Below, in pieces: positions 1 through 11,535 of a DNA stretch of 64,000 nucleotides. The DNA comes from an uncultured Planctomycetota bacterium (GTDB taxonomy: Bacteria > Planctomycetota > Planctomycetia > Isosphaerales > Isosphaeraceae), in assembly GCA_963823665.1 (NCBI GenBank), contig CAWGMQ010000004.1, positions 960,001-1,024,000 of the forward strand. Reading direction: 5' to 3'. Under the pieces are notes generated by a model, which searched no databases, was not told where the DNA came from, and saw only the letters and a list, made by a program, of their open reading frames with translations. A program made the translations under genes and the position numbers. Position 1 is the stretch's first letter. Each line of letters begins with the position of its first letter.

Positions 1-1384
1 GTTGCGGCGATTCAAGAAGCGTCAGGTCGGAATTGAGCCGCGTCGCTCCACGCCTCGCCTGGCACCAGGTAAAAACTCGCGCCATCACCGATCAAGCGTG
101 ACAGGCGTTTGACTTCCTCCGAGACAGTTCCGAGCGGCGGCCCCGAGATCAGCGACGCGCGAAACAACCAGAGCACGTATCGTTCGCCTTCGGTGAGCGG
201 CGAACGCGATGCCTCGCTCTCGGATTGCGAGATCACCTGCTCGATCGCGGTTCCGACCACCGCCTGGGCCTGCGCGGGCCGCGCCGAGAGATAAAGTGCC
301 AGGTCGAAGAGCAAATCCCGCGGCGATTCGAAATGCGATCGCAGCAGCGGCGTCATGGTAGCGGCCGCCGTGGCACGCGACTGCCACACCTGCGTTTCCA
401 TGAGGTTGCCGATTGGTGTGAGGAGCGCATTGATGTGCCGCTCGGCCGCTGCCAAGACCAGCTTCGCCATCTGCGCGGGAGCACGCGCAGAAGCGCTCGT
501 CCGGCATCGAGGTTATTGAGATCAGGCTGGTGATAGTCGATAGTTCCAACGACCGACTCGAAGAAAGCAGACAGTCGCTTGTGCTCAGCTTCGAGCGGCG
601 AATGGTCAGCCAACGTGAACTGGTCTGGCTCGAGCATCGTGTCCGAGGGCGCCGTATCGCCCGGTATCATTCCGCGGAGCTTCTTGAGCTCGGTCAGCAC
701 GCCTGCGGTGCCAGCCGGCGCCGGCGGAGGAGCGGGTCTGGTCTCGACCGCGTCTGACGGATTCGCGTCCGTCTCAGGCACCGCACCAGCACAAAGCTTC
801 TCCAAGGCGTTGCCTAGTCGCTTCGCCTCACTGTCGGGTGTCGACCTGAGCTGCGCCGCGAACCTCCGAATGGCATCGCCCAGCTCCAGATCGATCGGCT
901 CCTTCGACGCGAACCGCTCAACGGCACGGGTGATCTGCCCCAACGGGCACAGCAGCTTGGAAATCTGCGGCGCCGCACTGCACCAGTCCAGGATGGCAAC
1001 CAGGTCAGCCCCTTCGAACGGTAGGGCCTTGCGGATCAGCGTGCTGATCACGGCGTCAGCCGACCGGCGCCGCAGCCACACGTCGTTCCAGCCCGGGACA
1101 AGATGAACGTTCATGCGTTCCATGTCATTGGACGCGCGAGCGCGGAATTCTTCGAGCTGCATGTCCCACTGGCGCACCTGTGCAACCGCCGCCATGACAT
1201 ACCGGCGCGCTTGGTGGGGCTTGCCGGCGAGCAACGTCTTCCCGCTCGGAAGGGCCTGCAGATCGATCGGCATGTAGCCCAGGCGCTCGCCGATCGTCGC
1301 AACGGCCTCGTGGACCCAGGCCGCCACGGCGGCGTGCTCTGCCGCCAAGGGATCGTCCTGCGCGAACTTGAAGTCTTCATTCAT
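1..1384 (-). CDS. Large hypothetical protein, N-terminal part of a probable DUF4132-type protein; frameshifted near 475 and near 30; probably continues off the window start
   Basis: ORFs 353..1402 and 12..470 join by a one-base shift. ATG at 1384 (MNEDFKF). The 'LVPGEAWSDAA' segment resembles what I recall from DUF4132-containing proteins, and the alternative frame continues NSDLTLLESPQ to the window edge. Confidence 0.55.
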
Positions 1385-1411
1385 TGACGGCTCGGCCAGC
1401 ACCCTTCGCCT

Positions 1412-1610
1412 TCACTTCACGTCAACCCCAAGCTCCGCCCTGATGGCTCGCAGGTCTTGTTTCGTCTTGGCGCCAGCCGAAACAACCCAACCTCGGCGCA
1501 TCGGTAGAACGTCCTCGGCGGAAAAGCAGAAAACCTGGCTGGGTCGGCCGAAGACCTGCTCCCCCTTGAGCTCACCGTAACAAGTCCATTTACTTTTATC
1601 AAATTTTACG
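1412..1610 (-). other. Possible small gene or gene fragment (KFDKSKWTCYGELKGEQVFGRPSQ...ELGVDVK)
   Basis: Protein-like C-terminal 65 codons of ORF 1412..1861, ending 28 bp before the next start. No recognisable family. Confidence 0.25.
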
Positions 1611-1986
1611 TGAGCTGCCTGGGAATCGTCGATGAATCCGGAGGATCGCGTTTCCCTCCGTCGGTGTTTTCCGAGGCGGCGGGCACTCTCGGCGTCTGGG
1701 TGCGGCCGGACGCTGCTGCCGCGCTCAAGCTCAGACATACGGATTGAGCGCGGTGGAGCGTGACAACCGCACCCCCGCGATCTTGGTGGATCCCCGGCGC
1801 ACGTCCCGTGGCAAAGCTGGTAAAATGCGAAATGCTTCCGACCCAGTGCGCTGCGGACCACCAGGAAATCCCATGCTTCAGCAGGCCCGATTGCATGCCG
1901 ATCAACGCACGCTCGGCCTCACGTGCGTGACGCGTTTTTTTGGATCAGAATGTTGTCGTTGAGATTCGGAGACGAAGGGCCGCGGT

Positions 1987-3975
1987 ATGATTCGCAATCG
2001 CAACGCGATCACTCTGCTGTTGCTATCAGGCAGCATCCTTCTGGCTGGCTCGCTTCGAACGTCTGGACAACAGACGGCGCGCGCGGAAGGGCCGTCATCC
2101 GGGCCGCTTCGAACCGACACGCTCGGAGATCCGTTGCCCGCAGGCGCCGTCGCGCGCATCGGCAGTCTTCGTGGTCGGATCGGTGAGGCGTCGAGCCGAG
2201 TCATCTTCTCTCCCGACGGACGCTTCGTCATTGCAACATCCGAGCAGGTGAAAATGCCGCTCCGCTTGTGGGATCCAGAAACAGGGCGGTTGATCCGAGT
2301 GCTCAACGAGCTTGACCCTCTCAAGTTTGTGCAGCACGCCGCGTTTTCGAACGACAGCACGTTGATCGCCACGGCTGACGTGACCGGGACAATTCGGGTG
2401 GGGTCGACAGAGACAGGCCGCAAGATCCGTGAGCTCGTCGGGTGCGAGGAAGTCAATGCGATCGTGTTTTCCCCTGATGGAAAGCGTGTTCATGCAGCCG
2501 AAGGTGCCTGCATTTTGTGGACGTGGGATGTCGCCACGGGACAAGTGATGCGCTGCTTATTTCTTGAATCGAGCGCCATTGCGTTTTCGCCGGACGGAAA
2601 GTACATCGCGATCGGCCATCGCGGAGGCACGATGGCGGTCCGAGATCTGACAAGCTGGGCTGAGATTCACCGATTCGGAACACACGGCAAAACAACAGCA
2701 CCGCTGGCATTCTCTCCGGACGGCAAGCGACTGGCTTCAACCGGTAGAAAACGAACGGTGCAAGTCTGGGACATCGCCACTGGCCGCCTTCTTGGCCGTC
2801 ATCCCGATCTCCGAACTCCTGACGGCCTGATCATCGAGAACCTGGAGCGTCAGGTCGCCTTCTCGCCCGACGGCAAATCGCTCGCCGTGGGCGAAACGCT
2901 CTCGACGCTTTCGATCTGGGATGTCGAGACTGGCCGGCGATTGCGGTGGTTTCATGGAATAGAACCGGAACATGGATTCTCTTTTGCGCCGGATGGTAAG
3001 ACATTGGTTTCGGGCGGGTCTCATTTACGGTTCTGGGATATCGCCCGAGGTCTCGAAATCGGCCGCTTTCCCAAGCTTGGAATCATCTCGTCCATTGCAT
3101 TCCGGCCCGATGGCAAGGCAATTGCAACGGGCACCGGCGAAGCGCTCCGACCCGACGGCAAAGCAATTGCAACGGGCACCGACGACGCGCTTCAGGTTTG
3201 GGAAATCAACTCGGGGCGCGAGCTGCACCGAATGGCCGGAGCTTGGAACTCGATCCGCTCGGTAGCATACTCGCCGGACGGCAAGACGCTCGCGTCATCG
3301 GGTGCCGGTGGATCTCTGCGGCTCTGGGACGCACAGAAAGGCCGCGAGATCCGGAGTGTGCCTGGATTGTCCGGGTTTGTCTGGCAAGTTGCCTTTTCGC
3401 CGGACGGCAAATTCTTCGCCGCTGTCGACGAGCGCGGAGCAGGGCTATGGAATCTCGCCACAGCGAAGGAGATCCCCCGATTTTCAAAGCTGCCGAAGGC
3501 ACCTTTCAAGCAAGTCTGCTTCACTGTGGACGGAAAAACGCTTGCACTGGGCGGCAAAGAGGGGATCTTCGTATGGGACGTCGAAACAGACCGCGAGCTC
3601 AAACAGACGTCTGGATGGCCTTTTGCACTGGCCTTGTCGCGGGACGGAAGAACCCTGGCATGGGACACTGAGTCGGGAGGTGTGTGTCTCTGGAAGTGGA
3701 GGGGCGACACCTTCATCCAAATCCCGCCGAGCCGCACGCCGGACGATGGTCAATTACATTTCCCTGCGATCGCATTCAGTCCAGATGGCAAAACGCTCGC
3801 TTCAACCGGTCAGGACAACTGCGTCACGCTCCGCGACGCGGCCACAGGCAAAGCGAATAAGATGCTCGTTGGCCACGAAGCCGCTGTGACTTCTCTCGAC
3901 TTCTCTCCCGACGGCAAAACGCTTGTTTCCGGCAGCGTTGACGGCACTGTGCTGATCTGGGACACCGGGAATTGA
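1987..3975 (+). CDS. Secreted WD40-repeat (double beta-propeller) protein
   Basis: 662 aa. N-terminal signal peptide, RTDTLGDPLPAGAVARIGS leader, and many AFSPDGK...LWD repeats. Confidence 0.93.
   Translation: MIRNRNAITLLLLSGSILLAGSLRTSGQQTARAEGPSSGPLRTDTLGDPLPAGAVARIGSLRGRIGEASSRVIFSPDGRFVIATSEQVKMPLRLWDPETGRLIRVLNELDPLKFVQHAAFSNDSTLIATADVTGTIRVGSTETGRKIRELVGCEEVNAIVFSPDGKRVHAAEGACILWTWDVATGQVMRCLFLESSAIAFSPDGKYIAIGHRGGTMAVRDLTSWAEIHRFGTHGKTTAPLAFSPDGKRLASTGRKRTVQVWDIATGRLLGRHPDLRTPDGLIIENLERQVAFSPDGKSLAVGETLSTLSIWDVETGRRLRWFHGIEPEHGFSFAPDGKTLVSGGSHLRFWDIARGLEIGRFPKLGIISSIAFRPDGKAIATGTGEALRPDGKAIATGTDDALQVWEINSGRELHRMAGAWNSIRSVAYSPDGKTLASSGAGGSLRLWDAQKGREIRSVPGLSGFVWQVAFSPDGKFFAAVDERGAGLWNLATAKEIPRFSKLPKAPFKQVCFTVDGKTLALGGKEGIFVWDVETDRELKQTSGWPFALALSRDGRTLAWDTESGGVCLWKWRGDTFIQIPPSRTPDDGQLHFPAIAFSPDGKTLASTGQDNCVTLRDAATGKANKMLVGHEAAVTSLDFSPDGKTLVSGSVDGTVLIWDTGN
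3102..3191 (+). repeat. In-frame 45-bp tandem duplication inside the WD40 gene
   Basis: ccggcccgatggcaaggcaattgcaacgggcaccggcgaagcgct followed by ccgacccgacggcaaagcaattgcaacgggcaccgacgacgcgct (5 mismatches); RPDGKAIATGT occurs twice. Confidence 0.9.
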
Positions 3976-4182
3976 GACGGTAACGGTTAGCGCGGCAGAA
4001 TCGACTTCGATCTCAGAACGGGGCCACGCCCACAGTGCATCTCGCGTGCCGTCCTGCTAGGATGTTGGCGCCACGGTCGCACACCACGGGTCGATGTGAT
4101 CGGACCATGGACGGCCCAACTAAAGCGCGCGCACATGTTGAATCAATGGCCGCGTTGAGAATTCGCGACGAAAGGGATACCT

Positions 4183-6150
4183 ATGCGTCTCGGATGCAGT
4201 GCAGCCGTCATTTTGTTGATATCAGGCAATGCGGTCGGCCTCGGCTCAAGCCTGGCGCGAGGCGACGAAGGCTCACAGCAAGCAGCAGCCAACCCCGCGA
4301 AGGCGCGAACGGACGCGATCGGAGACCCATTGCCCTCGGGTGCATTCGCGCGCATCGGGAGCGTGCGCGGATGGATCGGAGAGGGATCGAGCCGGGTCGT
4401 GTTCTCTCCCGACGGAAAGTTCCTCACCGCGACCTCCCTTCAGATCAAAATCGCGTTCCGTCTATGGGACCCCAGAACCGGACAAGTTGTTGCACGGCCC
4501 AAGCAGCTTGATCCGCTCCAGTTCGCAATCCGTGTGGCATTCTCACACGACAGCGCGATGGTGGCCGTCGCCGACAGCGTCGGCGCCGTGAGGGTGGGGC
4601 GCACCGGAGCGGGCCAGAAGATTACCACGCTTCTGGGGCCCGATGATTTGCAAACCATCGCGTTCTCCTCGGATAACACTCGGTTGCATGCTCACGACTG
4701 GTCGAGCAATACGTTGTGGACCTGGGACATCGCCACCGGCAAAGTAATTCGATGTTTGTTCCTCGGACGTTGCGTTGTCACCTTTTCGCCGAATGGCAAG
4801 TACATCGCCATCGCCCGGCAAGGTGGCAGGATGTCAATTCACGATCTGACGACCTGGGCCGAGATCCACCGATTCCGCGCTCGTGGGAGAATGGGTGCTC
4901 CTCTGGCATTTTCTCCCGATGGCAAACGACTTGCAACTTCGGGAAGAAAAGGCGCGATTCATGTTTGGGACCTGGCCACCGGCCGTCTTCAGGGTCGCTT
5001 TCCCGGTCTCCGAGCTCCACGCGGTCTAATCGTTGAAAACCTTGAATACCAGGTCGCCTTTTCCCCCGATGGTTCGACCCTCGCCGCGGCCGAAACCCTC
5101 AATACGCTCTCTCTCTGGGATGTAGAAACCGGCCGGTGCTTCAGGCGCTTTTATCAAATTCCAATTGAACATGGCTTTGCATTTACGCCCGACGGCAAAA
5201 CACTCGTGCTCGGAGGGCCGCACTTCCGCTACTGGGACATCACCCGCGGCCACGAAGTCCATCGCTTTCCGCGACTGGGCGAAATATTCTCGCTCGCGCT
5301 AGAGCCGAGCGGCAACTTGATCGCATCAGCAAACGGCGACGAGCTCGTGCTAACGGAACTCAGTACAGGGCGGGAAGTGCGCCGAATTAAGAGCACTACC
5401 ATTCTGCACTCGCTCACAGAAGTGGCTTTTTCGCCGGACGGCAAGATGCTCGCGTCATCGGGGCTTGTCGGCTTCCTGAAGATCTGGGATGCGGCAACCG
5501 GCCGCGAGATCCGTCGCATACGCACAGCACTTGGCCCAGCCCCGCAATTCGCCTTCTCGCCGGACAGCAAATTCCTCGCCGCAGGCGACGGGGCCGGAAC
5601 CTATGTGTGGGATTTAGCCACCGGCCAGGAAGATCCTCGGTTCTCACCCCTCCTCACCGGGCCGACCGACTTGGTTTGCTTTGTTCCACGCGGAACGACG
5701 ATTGCGGTCGGCGGCAGAAACGAAGTGAGCGTCTGGAATCTCGAAACGCGTCGGGCCATCGGTAAGGAATTGTTTTCCGCCAACTGGACTCTGGCTGTCG
5801 CGCCGGATGGAAGCTCGTTAGCCGCGGGCGGTTATTCGGGTGTTCTGCATCTCTGGAAACTGAGAGACGGGGCCGTGCTCGACGTCGCGCCCAAGCGACC
5901 ATCCGATGATGATCCACCGTCGATCACTGCGATCGCCTTCAGTGCAGACCACAAGACCCTCGCTACGGCGGGAGAGGACAAGCGCATCGCGCTTCGCGAC
6001 CCGACAACCGGGCAGGAGCGCCGGAGCCTGGAAGGGCACCAAGCCGCGGTGACTGGGCTCGCATTCACTCCCGACGGCAAGACTCTGCTCTCTGGCAGCC
6101 GAGACGGCACCGTCCTCCTGTGGGACCGCCGCGTCGTCGACAGCGATTGA
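4183..6150 (+). CDS. Secreted WD40-repeat protein, tandem paralog of 1987..3975
   Basis: 655 aa. Signal peptide, RTDAIGDPLPSGAFARIGS leader, and colinear with the upstream paralog (e.g. WAEIHRF, ENLE.QVAFSPDG). Confidence 0.93.
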   Translation: MRLGCSAAVILLISGNAVGLGSSLARGDEGSQQAAANPAKARTDAIGDPLPSGAFARIGSVRGWIGEGSSRVVFSPDGKFLTATSLQIKIAFRLWDPRTGQVVARPKQLDPLQFAIRVAFSHDSAMVAVADSVGAVRVGRTGAGQKITTLLGPDDLQTIAFSSDNTRLHAHDWSSNTLWTWDIATGKVIRCLFLGRCVVTFSPNGKYIAIARQGGRMSIHDLTTWAEIHRFRARGRMGAPLAFSPDGKRLATSGRKGAIHVWDLATGRLQGRFPGLRAPRGLIVENLEYQVAFSPDGSTLAAAETLNTLSLWDVETGRCFRRFYQIPIEHGFAFTPDGKTLVLGGPHFRYWDITRGHEVHRFPRLGEIFSLALEPSGNLIASANGDELVLTELSTGREVRRIKSTTILHSLTEVAFSPDGKMLASSGLVGFLKIWDAATGREIRRIRTALGPAPQFAFSPDSKFLAAGDGAGTYVWDLATGQEDPRFSPLLTGPTDLVCFVPRGTTIAVGGRNEVSVWNLETRRAIGKELFSANWTLAVAPDGSSLAAGGYSGVLHLWKLRDGAVLDVAPKRPSDDDPPSITAIAFSADHKTLATAGEDKRIALRDPTTGQERRSLEGHQAAVTGLAFTPDGKTLLSGSRDGTVLLWDRRVVDSD

Positions 6151-6277
6151 AAAGACACTCTCGACACGGACTGCAACCTAGGCTCAACACCGCAACCACG
6201 ACCTGAGTGCACGCCGCACTTTCACAGGTTAGAATACCCGGCGTAGGTTCGACAAAACGAAAGGAGACCGATCTCTC

Positions 6278-8174
6278 ATGAACGCCTCTCCCGGCACCGA
6301 GACGATCCGCCTGACGATGGCGCAGGCGATTGTGAAGTATCTCCAGGCGCAATACAGCGAACGCGACGGCAATTCGCGCCGCTTGATCCCGGCCATGTTC
6401 GGCATCTTCGGCCACGGCAACGTCTGCGGCATGGGGCAGGCGCTCGAGGAGTGTGGCGAGGGCCTGCCGTACTACCAGCCCTGCAACGAGCAGTCGATGG
6501 TGCACACCTCGATCGGCTTCGCCAAGGCGAGCCACCGGCTGGCCACGTTCGCCTGCACCGCCTCGATCGGGCCCGGCTCGACCAACATGATCACCGGCGC
6601 GGCCGCGGCGACGATCAACCGCCTGCCGGTGCTCCTCTTCCCCTCTGATTACTATGCAACCCGCCATCAAGGGCCCGTGCTCCAGCAGCTCGAGCACCCG
6701 GTTTCCGCCGACGTGAGCGTCAACGATTGTTTCCGCCCCGTCAGCCGCTTCTTCGACCGCATCACTCGCCCCGAGCAAATCCTCACGGCACTGCCGGAAG
6801 CAATGCGCGTGCTCACCGACCCGGCCGAGACCGGCGCCGTCACCATCGCGCTGCCCCAGGATATCCAGGCACATGCGTATGATTACCCCCGCCACTTCTT
6901 CCGCGAGCGCCGCTGGAGAGTCGAGCGCCGCCCGGCTGACGGCGAGCGCATCCGGGAGGCGGTCGCTCTGCTGGCCGCGGCCGAGCGCCCCGTCTTGATC
7001 GCCGGCGGCGGGGTGCATTACTCCGAAGCGTGGAGTGAGCTCCAGCAGCTTCGCCGATGGTCTCGGCATTCCCGTCGGCGAGACGTTCGCGGGCAAAGGT
7101 GCGCTCAAGGAAGTCTCGCCGATTGCCCTGGGCGGCATCGGACTTGAAGGGACGGGAACGGCAGCCGAGTTGATCGCGGCGGCCGATCTGGTCATCTCGG
7201 TCGGCACCCGGCTGACCGATTTCGCCACCGGATCGCAGTCGGCCTTTCGCCATCCCCACGTGCGGTTCATCAGCATCAACGTGAGCCCGCACGACGCCTA
7301 CAAGCAAGGTGCCCTGCCGATCGTGGCCGATGCGAAGCTGGCGCTCGAAGCCTTGCTCGAAGCCGCGCTGGCCGTCGGCATCAAGCCCCGCGAGGCTTAT
7401 AAGGCCGAAGTAAAAGAGGCGCGAAGCGCCTGGGCCGCGAAGATGCGGGCTGAGGTCTATGCCGAGCGTGAAGGCGAGATGATGAGCCAGGGCCAGTTGA
7501 TCGGATTGCTCAATCGCGAAGCTCAATCCGGCGACACAGTCATCGCCGCCTCGGGCGGCCCGCCGGGAGATCTCTTGAAGCTCTGGGATACGGCCGGCGG
7601 CCGGACCTGTCATCTCGAATTCGGATATTCCTGCATGGGCTACGAGATCCCCGCCGGCCTGGGCGTCCGCCTGGCTCAGCCTGCTGGTGAAGTCTTTGTG
7701 TTGATCGGCGACGGCACCTACCTGATGAACCCGACCGAGCTGGCCACCGCGGTGCAAGAAGGCCTCAAAATCACCGTGATCGTGGCCGAAAATCATGGGT
7801 ACCAGTGCATCCGCCGCCTCCAGATGTGGCGCACCGGCAAGAGCTTCGGCAACGAATTTCGCAAGCGCGATCGAGCGACCGACCGTCTCGAGGGCGACTA
7901 CCTCCAGTTCAACCTGGCTGCAAATGCAGAAAGCTTCGGCGTGCGGGCCTTCTCGGTAACGAACCTCGATCAGCTCGCACAGGCACTGCGCCAGGCCCGA
8001 GCCGAAACCCGCCCGTGCGTGATCGTCGCCGAGGTCGAGAAACACCGAGTCCTGCCCGGAGGCGGCTGCTGGTGGGACGTCGCCCCGGCCGAGGTCAGCC
8101 TCGAACCCAAGACGCAGGAGCTACGGGCCGAGTACGAGCGAGACAAAGCGCGGTTGCAGCGGTTGCATTATTGA
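6278..8174 (+). CDS. iolD: 3D-(3,5/4)-trihydroxycyclohexane-1,2-dione acylhydrolase (TPP-dependent); frameshift near 7050
   Basis: RLTMAQAIVKYL, GIFGHGNVCG, NEQSMVH, SIGPGSTN, HLEFGYSCMGYEI, GDGTYLM TPP motif and WWDV. The two ORFs join; RBS aaggag. Confidence 0.92.
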
Positions 8175-8202
8175 GGATGAATCATATTGAGAAAGGAACG
8201 TC

Positions 8203-9103
8203 ATGAATATCCGTCTTGGTAGTGCACCGGACTCCTGGGGAGTCTGGTTCCCCAGTGATCCCAAGCAGATCCCCTGGCAGAGATTCCTCGACGAGATTGC
8301 CGAGGCCGGCTACGAGTGGACCGAGCTGGGGCCCTACGGATACCTGCCCACCGACTTGCCGACCCTGCGCGCAGAGCTCGCCCGCAGAGGGCTCAAGGTG
8401 ACCGCGGCCTTCGCCATGGGACATCTGGAAGATCCCGACGCCTGGCCCGCTCTTGAAAAACAGGCCTGCGGAGGTGGCGAGCTGGTGGCGGCCCTGGGCG
8501 GGCGATTCCTCGTCTTGATCGACGACACGTATTCCGACCCCTTCACCGCGCAGCCCACCAAGCCAAAACGCCTCGATGCCGACGCGTGGAAGCGATTGAT
8601 CGAAGCCACCCACCGCATGGCCGATCTGGCCAAAGGACCGGCTCGGCTTGCAGATGGTTTATCACCCCCATGCCGAGACGCACGTCGAGTACGAAGACCA
8701 GATCGAGACCTTCCTCACCCAGACCGACCCTTCCCGCGTGGCGCTCTGCCTCGATACCGGCCATCACGCTTATCGAGGCGGCGACCCCGTGGCCTTCTTC
8801 CTCAAGCATCACACGCGCATCCCCTACCTGCACTTGAAGAGCGTTGACCGCGAGAAACAGGCATGGGTCGAGCGCGAGCACATTCCCTTCGCCATTGCGG
8901 TGGGCAACGACATGTTCTGCGAGCCCGACACAGGCGCGGTCGACTTCATCGCGTTTCGTGACGCGCTCCGCAAGGTCGACTACGACGGCTGGGCGACCGT
9001 CGAACAGGATATGTACCCCGCTCCGTTCGACAAGCCATTCCCGATCGCCAAGCGCACTCTCGAGTACCTTCGTTCGATCGGGCTCGACGCTCGCCGCGAC
9101 TGA
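8203..9103 (+). CDS. iolE: IolE-like sugar phosphate isomerase/epimerase (2-keto-myo-inositol dehydratase family, TIM barrel); frameshift near 8640
   Basis: GSAPDSWGVWF, ELGPYGYLP, YHPHAETHVE, LCLDTGH, YLHLK, TVEQD; directly downstream of iolD. Confidence 0.78.
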
Positions 9104-9147
9104 GCCAATCGCGCCGTGGGGCACTGTTCTCGCAATCGAGGCGAAGC

Positions 9148-10525
9148 ATGAGCGAGCCACACGTCGACCTCCGACTCGACATCGATTCGGAAGTCGGCGT
9201 CGACGAGGAACGCGAAAGCCGCGTTCGTTATCAGGTCCTGGCGTTCGCCTGCGCACTTGCGGTCGTGACCTACATTCATCGAATCGGATTTGTCGTCGGC
9301 GCGCCGGTCATCGGAGGAAGCCTTCGGTTCAGCCAGACACAGGTCGGCTACATGATGCTGGCCTTTCAACTGGCCTATGGGCTCTTTCAGGTGCCAGGTG
9401 GGTTGTTGGGCGACCGTCTCGGCGGCCGTCGTGTCCTGACGACCCTGGTCCTCGGCTGGTCGCTCTTGACCGGCGCCGTGGCGCTCGCCGCGCTCCTTCC
9501 ACGCGGAATCATGCTGCCGCTCGCTTTCTTGCTGGCGCTGCGATTCCTCTTTGGCATGCTCCAGGCCGGCGGGTTTCCCACGCTTGGGCGGGTCATCGCG
9601 GATTGGATGCCGATCAATGAGCGCGGAAAGGCTCAGGGTTCGATCTGGATGTTCAGCCGATGGGGCGGCGCGTTGATTCCGTTTATCTTGAAATGGCTCT
9701 TCGAGGTCTGGGGAAGCTGGCCAGTTCCGTTCCTGCTTATCGCCGGACTGGGCCCGCTCTGGTGCGGCAGCATTCTGGCTGTGGTTCCGCGACAAGCCGG
9801 AGCAGATGCCCAGGGTCAATCGCCGCGAGCTGAAGACGATCAAAGCCGGTCGGGGACAGATTGCTGACGCCGCCGGAGGCGTGCCGTGGAAAACAATGCT
9901 CCGATCCAGAAGCGTGTGGGCGCTCTGCCTGATGTACGGCTTCACAGGCTTCTCGGGCAACTTCTTCACGACAATGCTCCCCCTGTTTCTGACAAAACAG
10001 CGAGATCTCTCAGCCGACCAGATCGCCTGGCTTTCCGCATTACCTCTGGCGGGCGGCTCAATCGCCTGCGTTCTGGGCGGCACCGCGTCAGACTGGGCCA
10101 TCAGTCGGTTCGGCAGTCGCAAGTGGGGCCGCCGTTACGTGGGGATGATCGGCTTGGGTCTCGCTGGCCCAGCTCTTCTCGCCGTCAACTCGGCCCAGAG
10201 CGTCTGGCTGCTCGCATTGCTTCTCACCGCGGCATTTTCGCTTAACGATCTGACAATGGGTCCGGCCTGGGCTGCTTGCGCCGATATCGGCGAACGCTAC
10301 GCCGGCACACTCTCGGGCGCGATGAATATGTTGAGCGCGCTCGCCGGGGGCCTCGGTGCCGTGATGGTGGGTTACCTTTTCGACCTACGCCGAGCGGATC
10401 TGGTCTTCACCATCTTTGCTGGCGCTTTCGCGCTGGCCTCTGTGTGCTGGCTCGGCGTCGACGTAACCCAACGATTGAGCGATTCCGTCGTGAAGCAGAA
10501 TCGAGAATTCGGGAGCGCAGGCTGA
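9148..10525 (+). CDS. MFS transporter (ACS / sugar-acid type); frameshift near 9775
   Basis: GGLLGDRLGGRR motif A, ERGKAQG and about 12 hydrophobic segments across ORFs 9148..9867 and 9806..10525. Confidence 0.88.
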
Positions 10526-11522
10526 TGGCAAGCTTGAAAGTCGTTCTGGTCGCCAACGACCTTCCTCCCACGCCCGATTGGGTACGCCCAGCAGCTCGCA
10601 GAGTCGGGGATCGAGCTGGTGGAGCGCGAATGCTCGTGCGCTTCCGAAGTCGTGGAAACCGCCGGCGACGCCGACGTCGTCTGGACGATGGGCGGCTCTC
10701 GACTGATCACGCCCGACGTGCTCCCCCTTCTGCGCCGTTGCCGTGCGATCCTGCGCACCGGCACCGGGACCGACAATATCCCGGTGCCGGAAGCAACGCG
10801 TCTGGGCATCGTGGTGGCCAACACCCCGGAGGTGACGATGCACCAGGTCGCCGAGCATGCCATCGGGCTCTTGTTTGCGGTGATCCGCCAGATCGCGCGG
10901 CAAGACCGCGCTCGTCCGGCACGGCGTTTGGGACCGTTACGCTGCCTGGCCAGACTGGCACCTGGCCGGCCAGACGTTCGGACTGCTCGGATTCGGCCGC
11001 ATCGCACGGCTGGTGGCGAAAAAAATCTCCGGCTTCGAGATGAATATCATGGCCTGCGACCCGGCTGTCGAAGCGGGCGTGATGGCCGAGCACGGAATCC
11101 AGAAAGTGGCGATTGATGAACTGTTCTCCCGCTCCGATTTCATTTCGATTCACATGCCGCTGCTCGACGCGACGCGTCGATCAATCGGGGAAGCTCAATT
11201 TCGCCTGATGAAACCGAAGGCCGTCTTGATCAACACCGCGCGGGGAGAGATCATCGACCAACCTGCGCTCGTGCACGTTCTCGCGGAGCGCCGGATCGGA
11301 GGGGCCGGCCTTGACGTGCTGGACCCCGAGCCGCCCGCGCCTGCTGACCCGATCCTCGCCCTCGATAACGTCGTGATCACGCCGCACATCGCCGGCTACT
11401 CTGATCTGTTTCGCGAAGGTTTCTGGCGGCACTCCGCCCTAACGCTTGTGGCGATTGCGCGAACCGGCAAGCCGATCTGGGTCGTCAACCCCGAGGTCGT
11501 GCCCAGGAGCGCTGCGCCGTGA
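10525..11522 (+). CDS. D-isomer-specific 2-hydroxyacid dehydrogenase (SerA/CtBP-like); frameshifts near 10588 and 10915
   Basis: GTGTDNI, VVANTP, GLLGFGRIA, LINTARG, GAGLDV, ITPHIAG. ATG overlaps the MFS stop (TGATG). Confidence 0.88.
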
Positions 11523-11535
11523 CGCGCGTCGTTTT

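Noticed and set aside
1711..1760. Hairpin ccgcgctcaa...ttgagcgcgg
   Set aside because: Single occurrence in the window and no U-tract; cannot be called a terminator or REP.
7035..7060. Programmed ribosomal frameshifting in iolD (also considered for uvrA)
   Set aside because: No slippery heptamer, and the number of similar breaks points to sequencing error.
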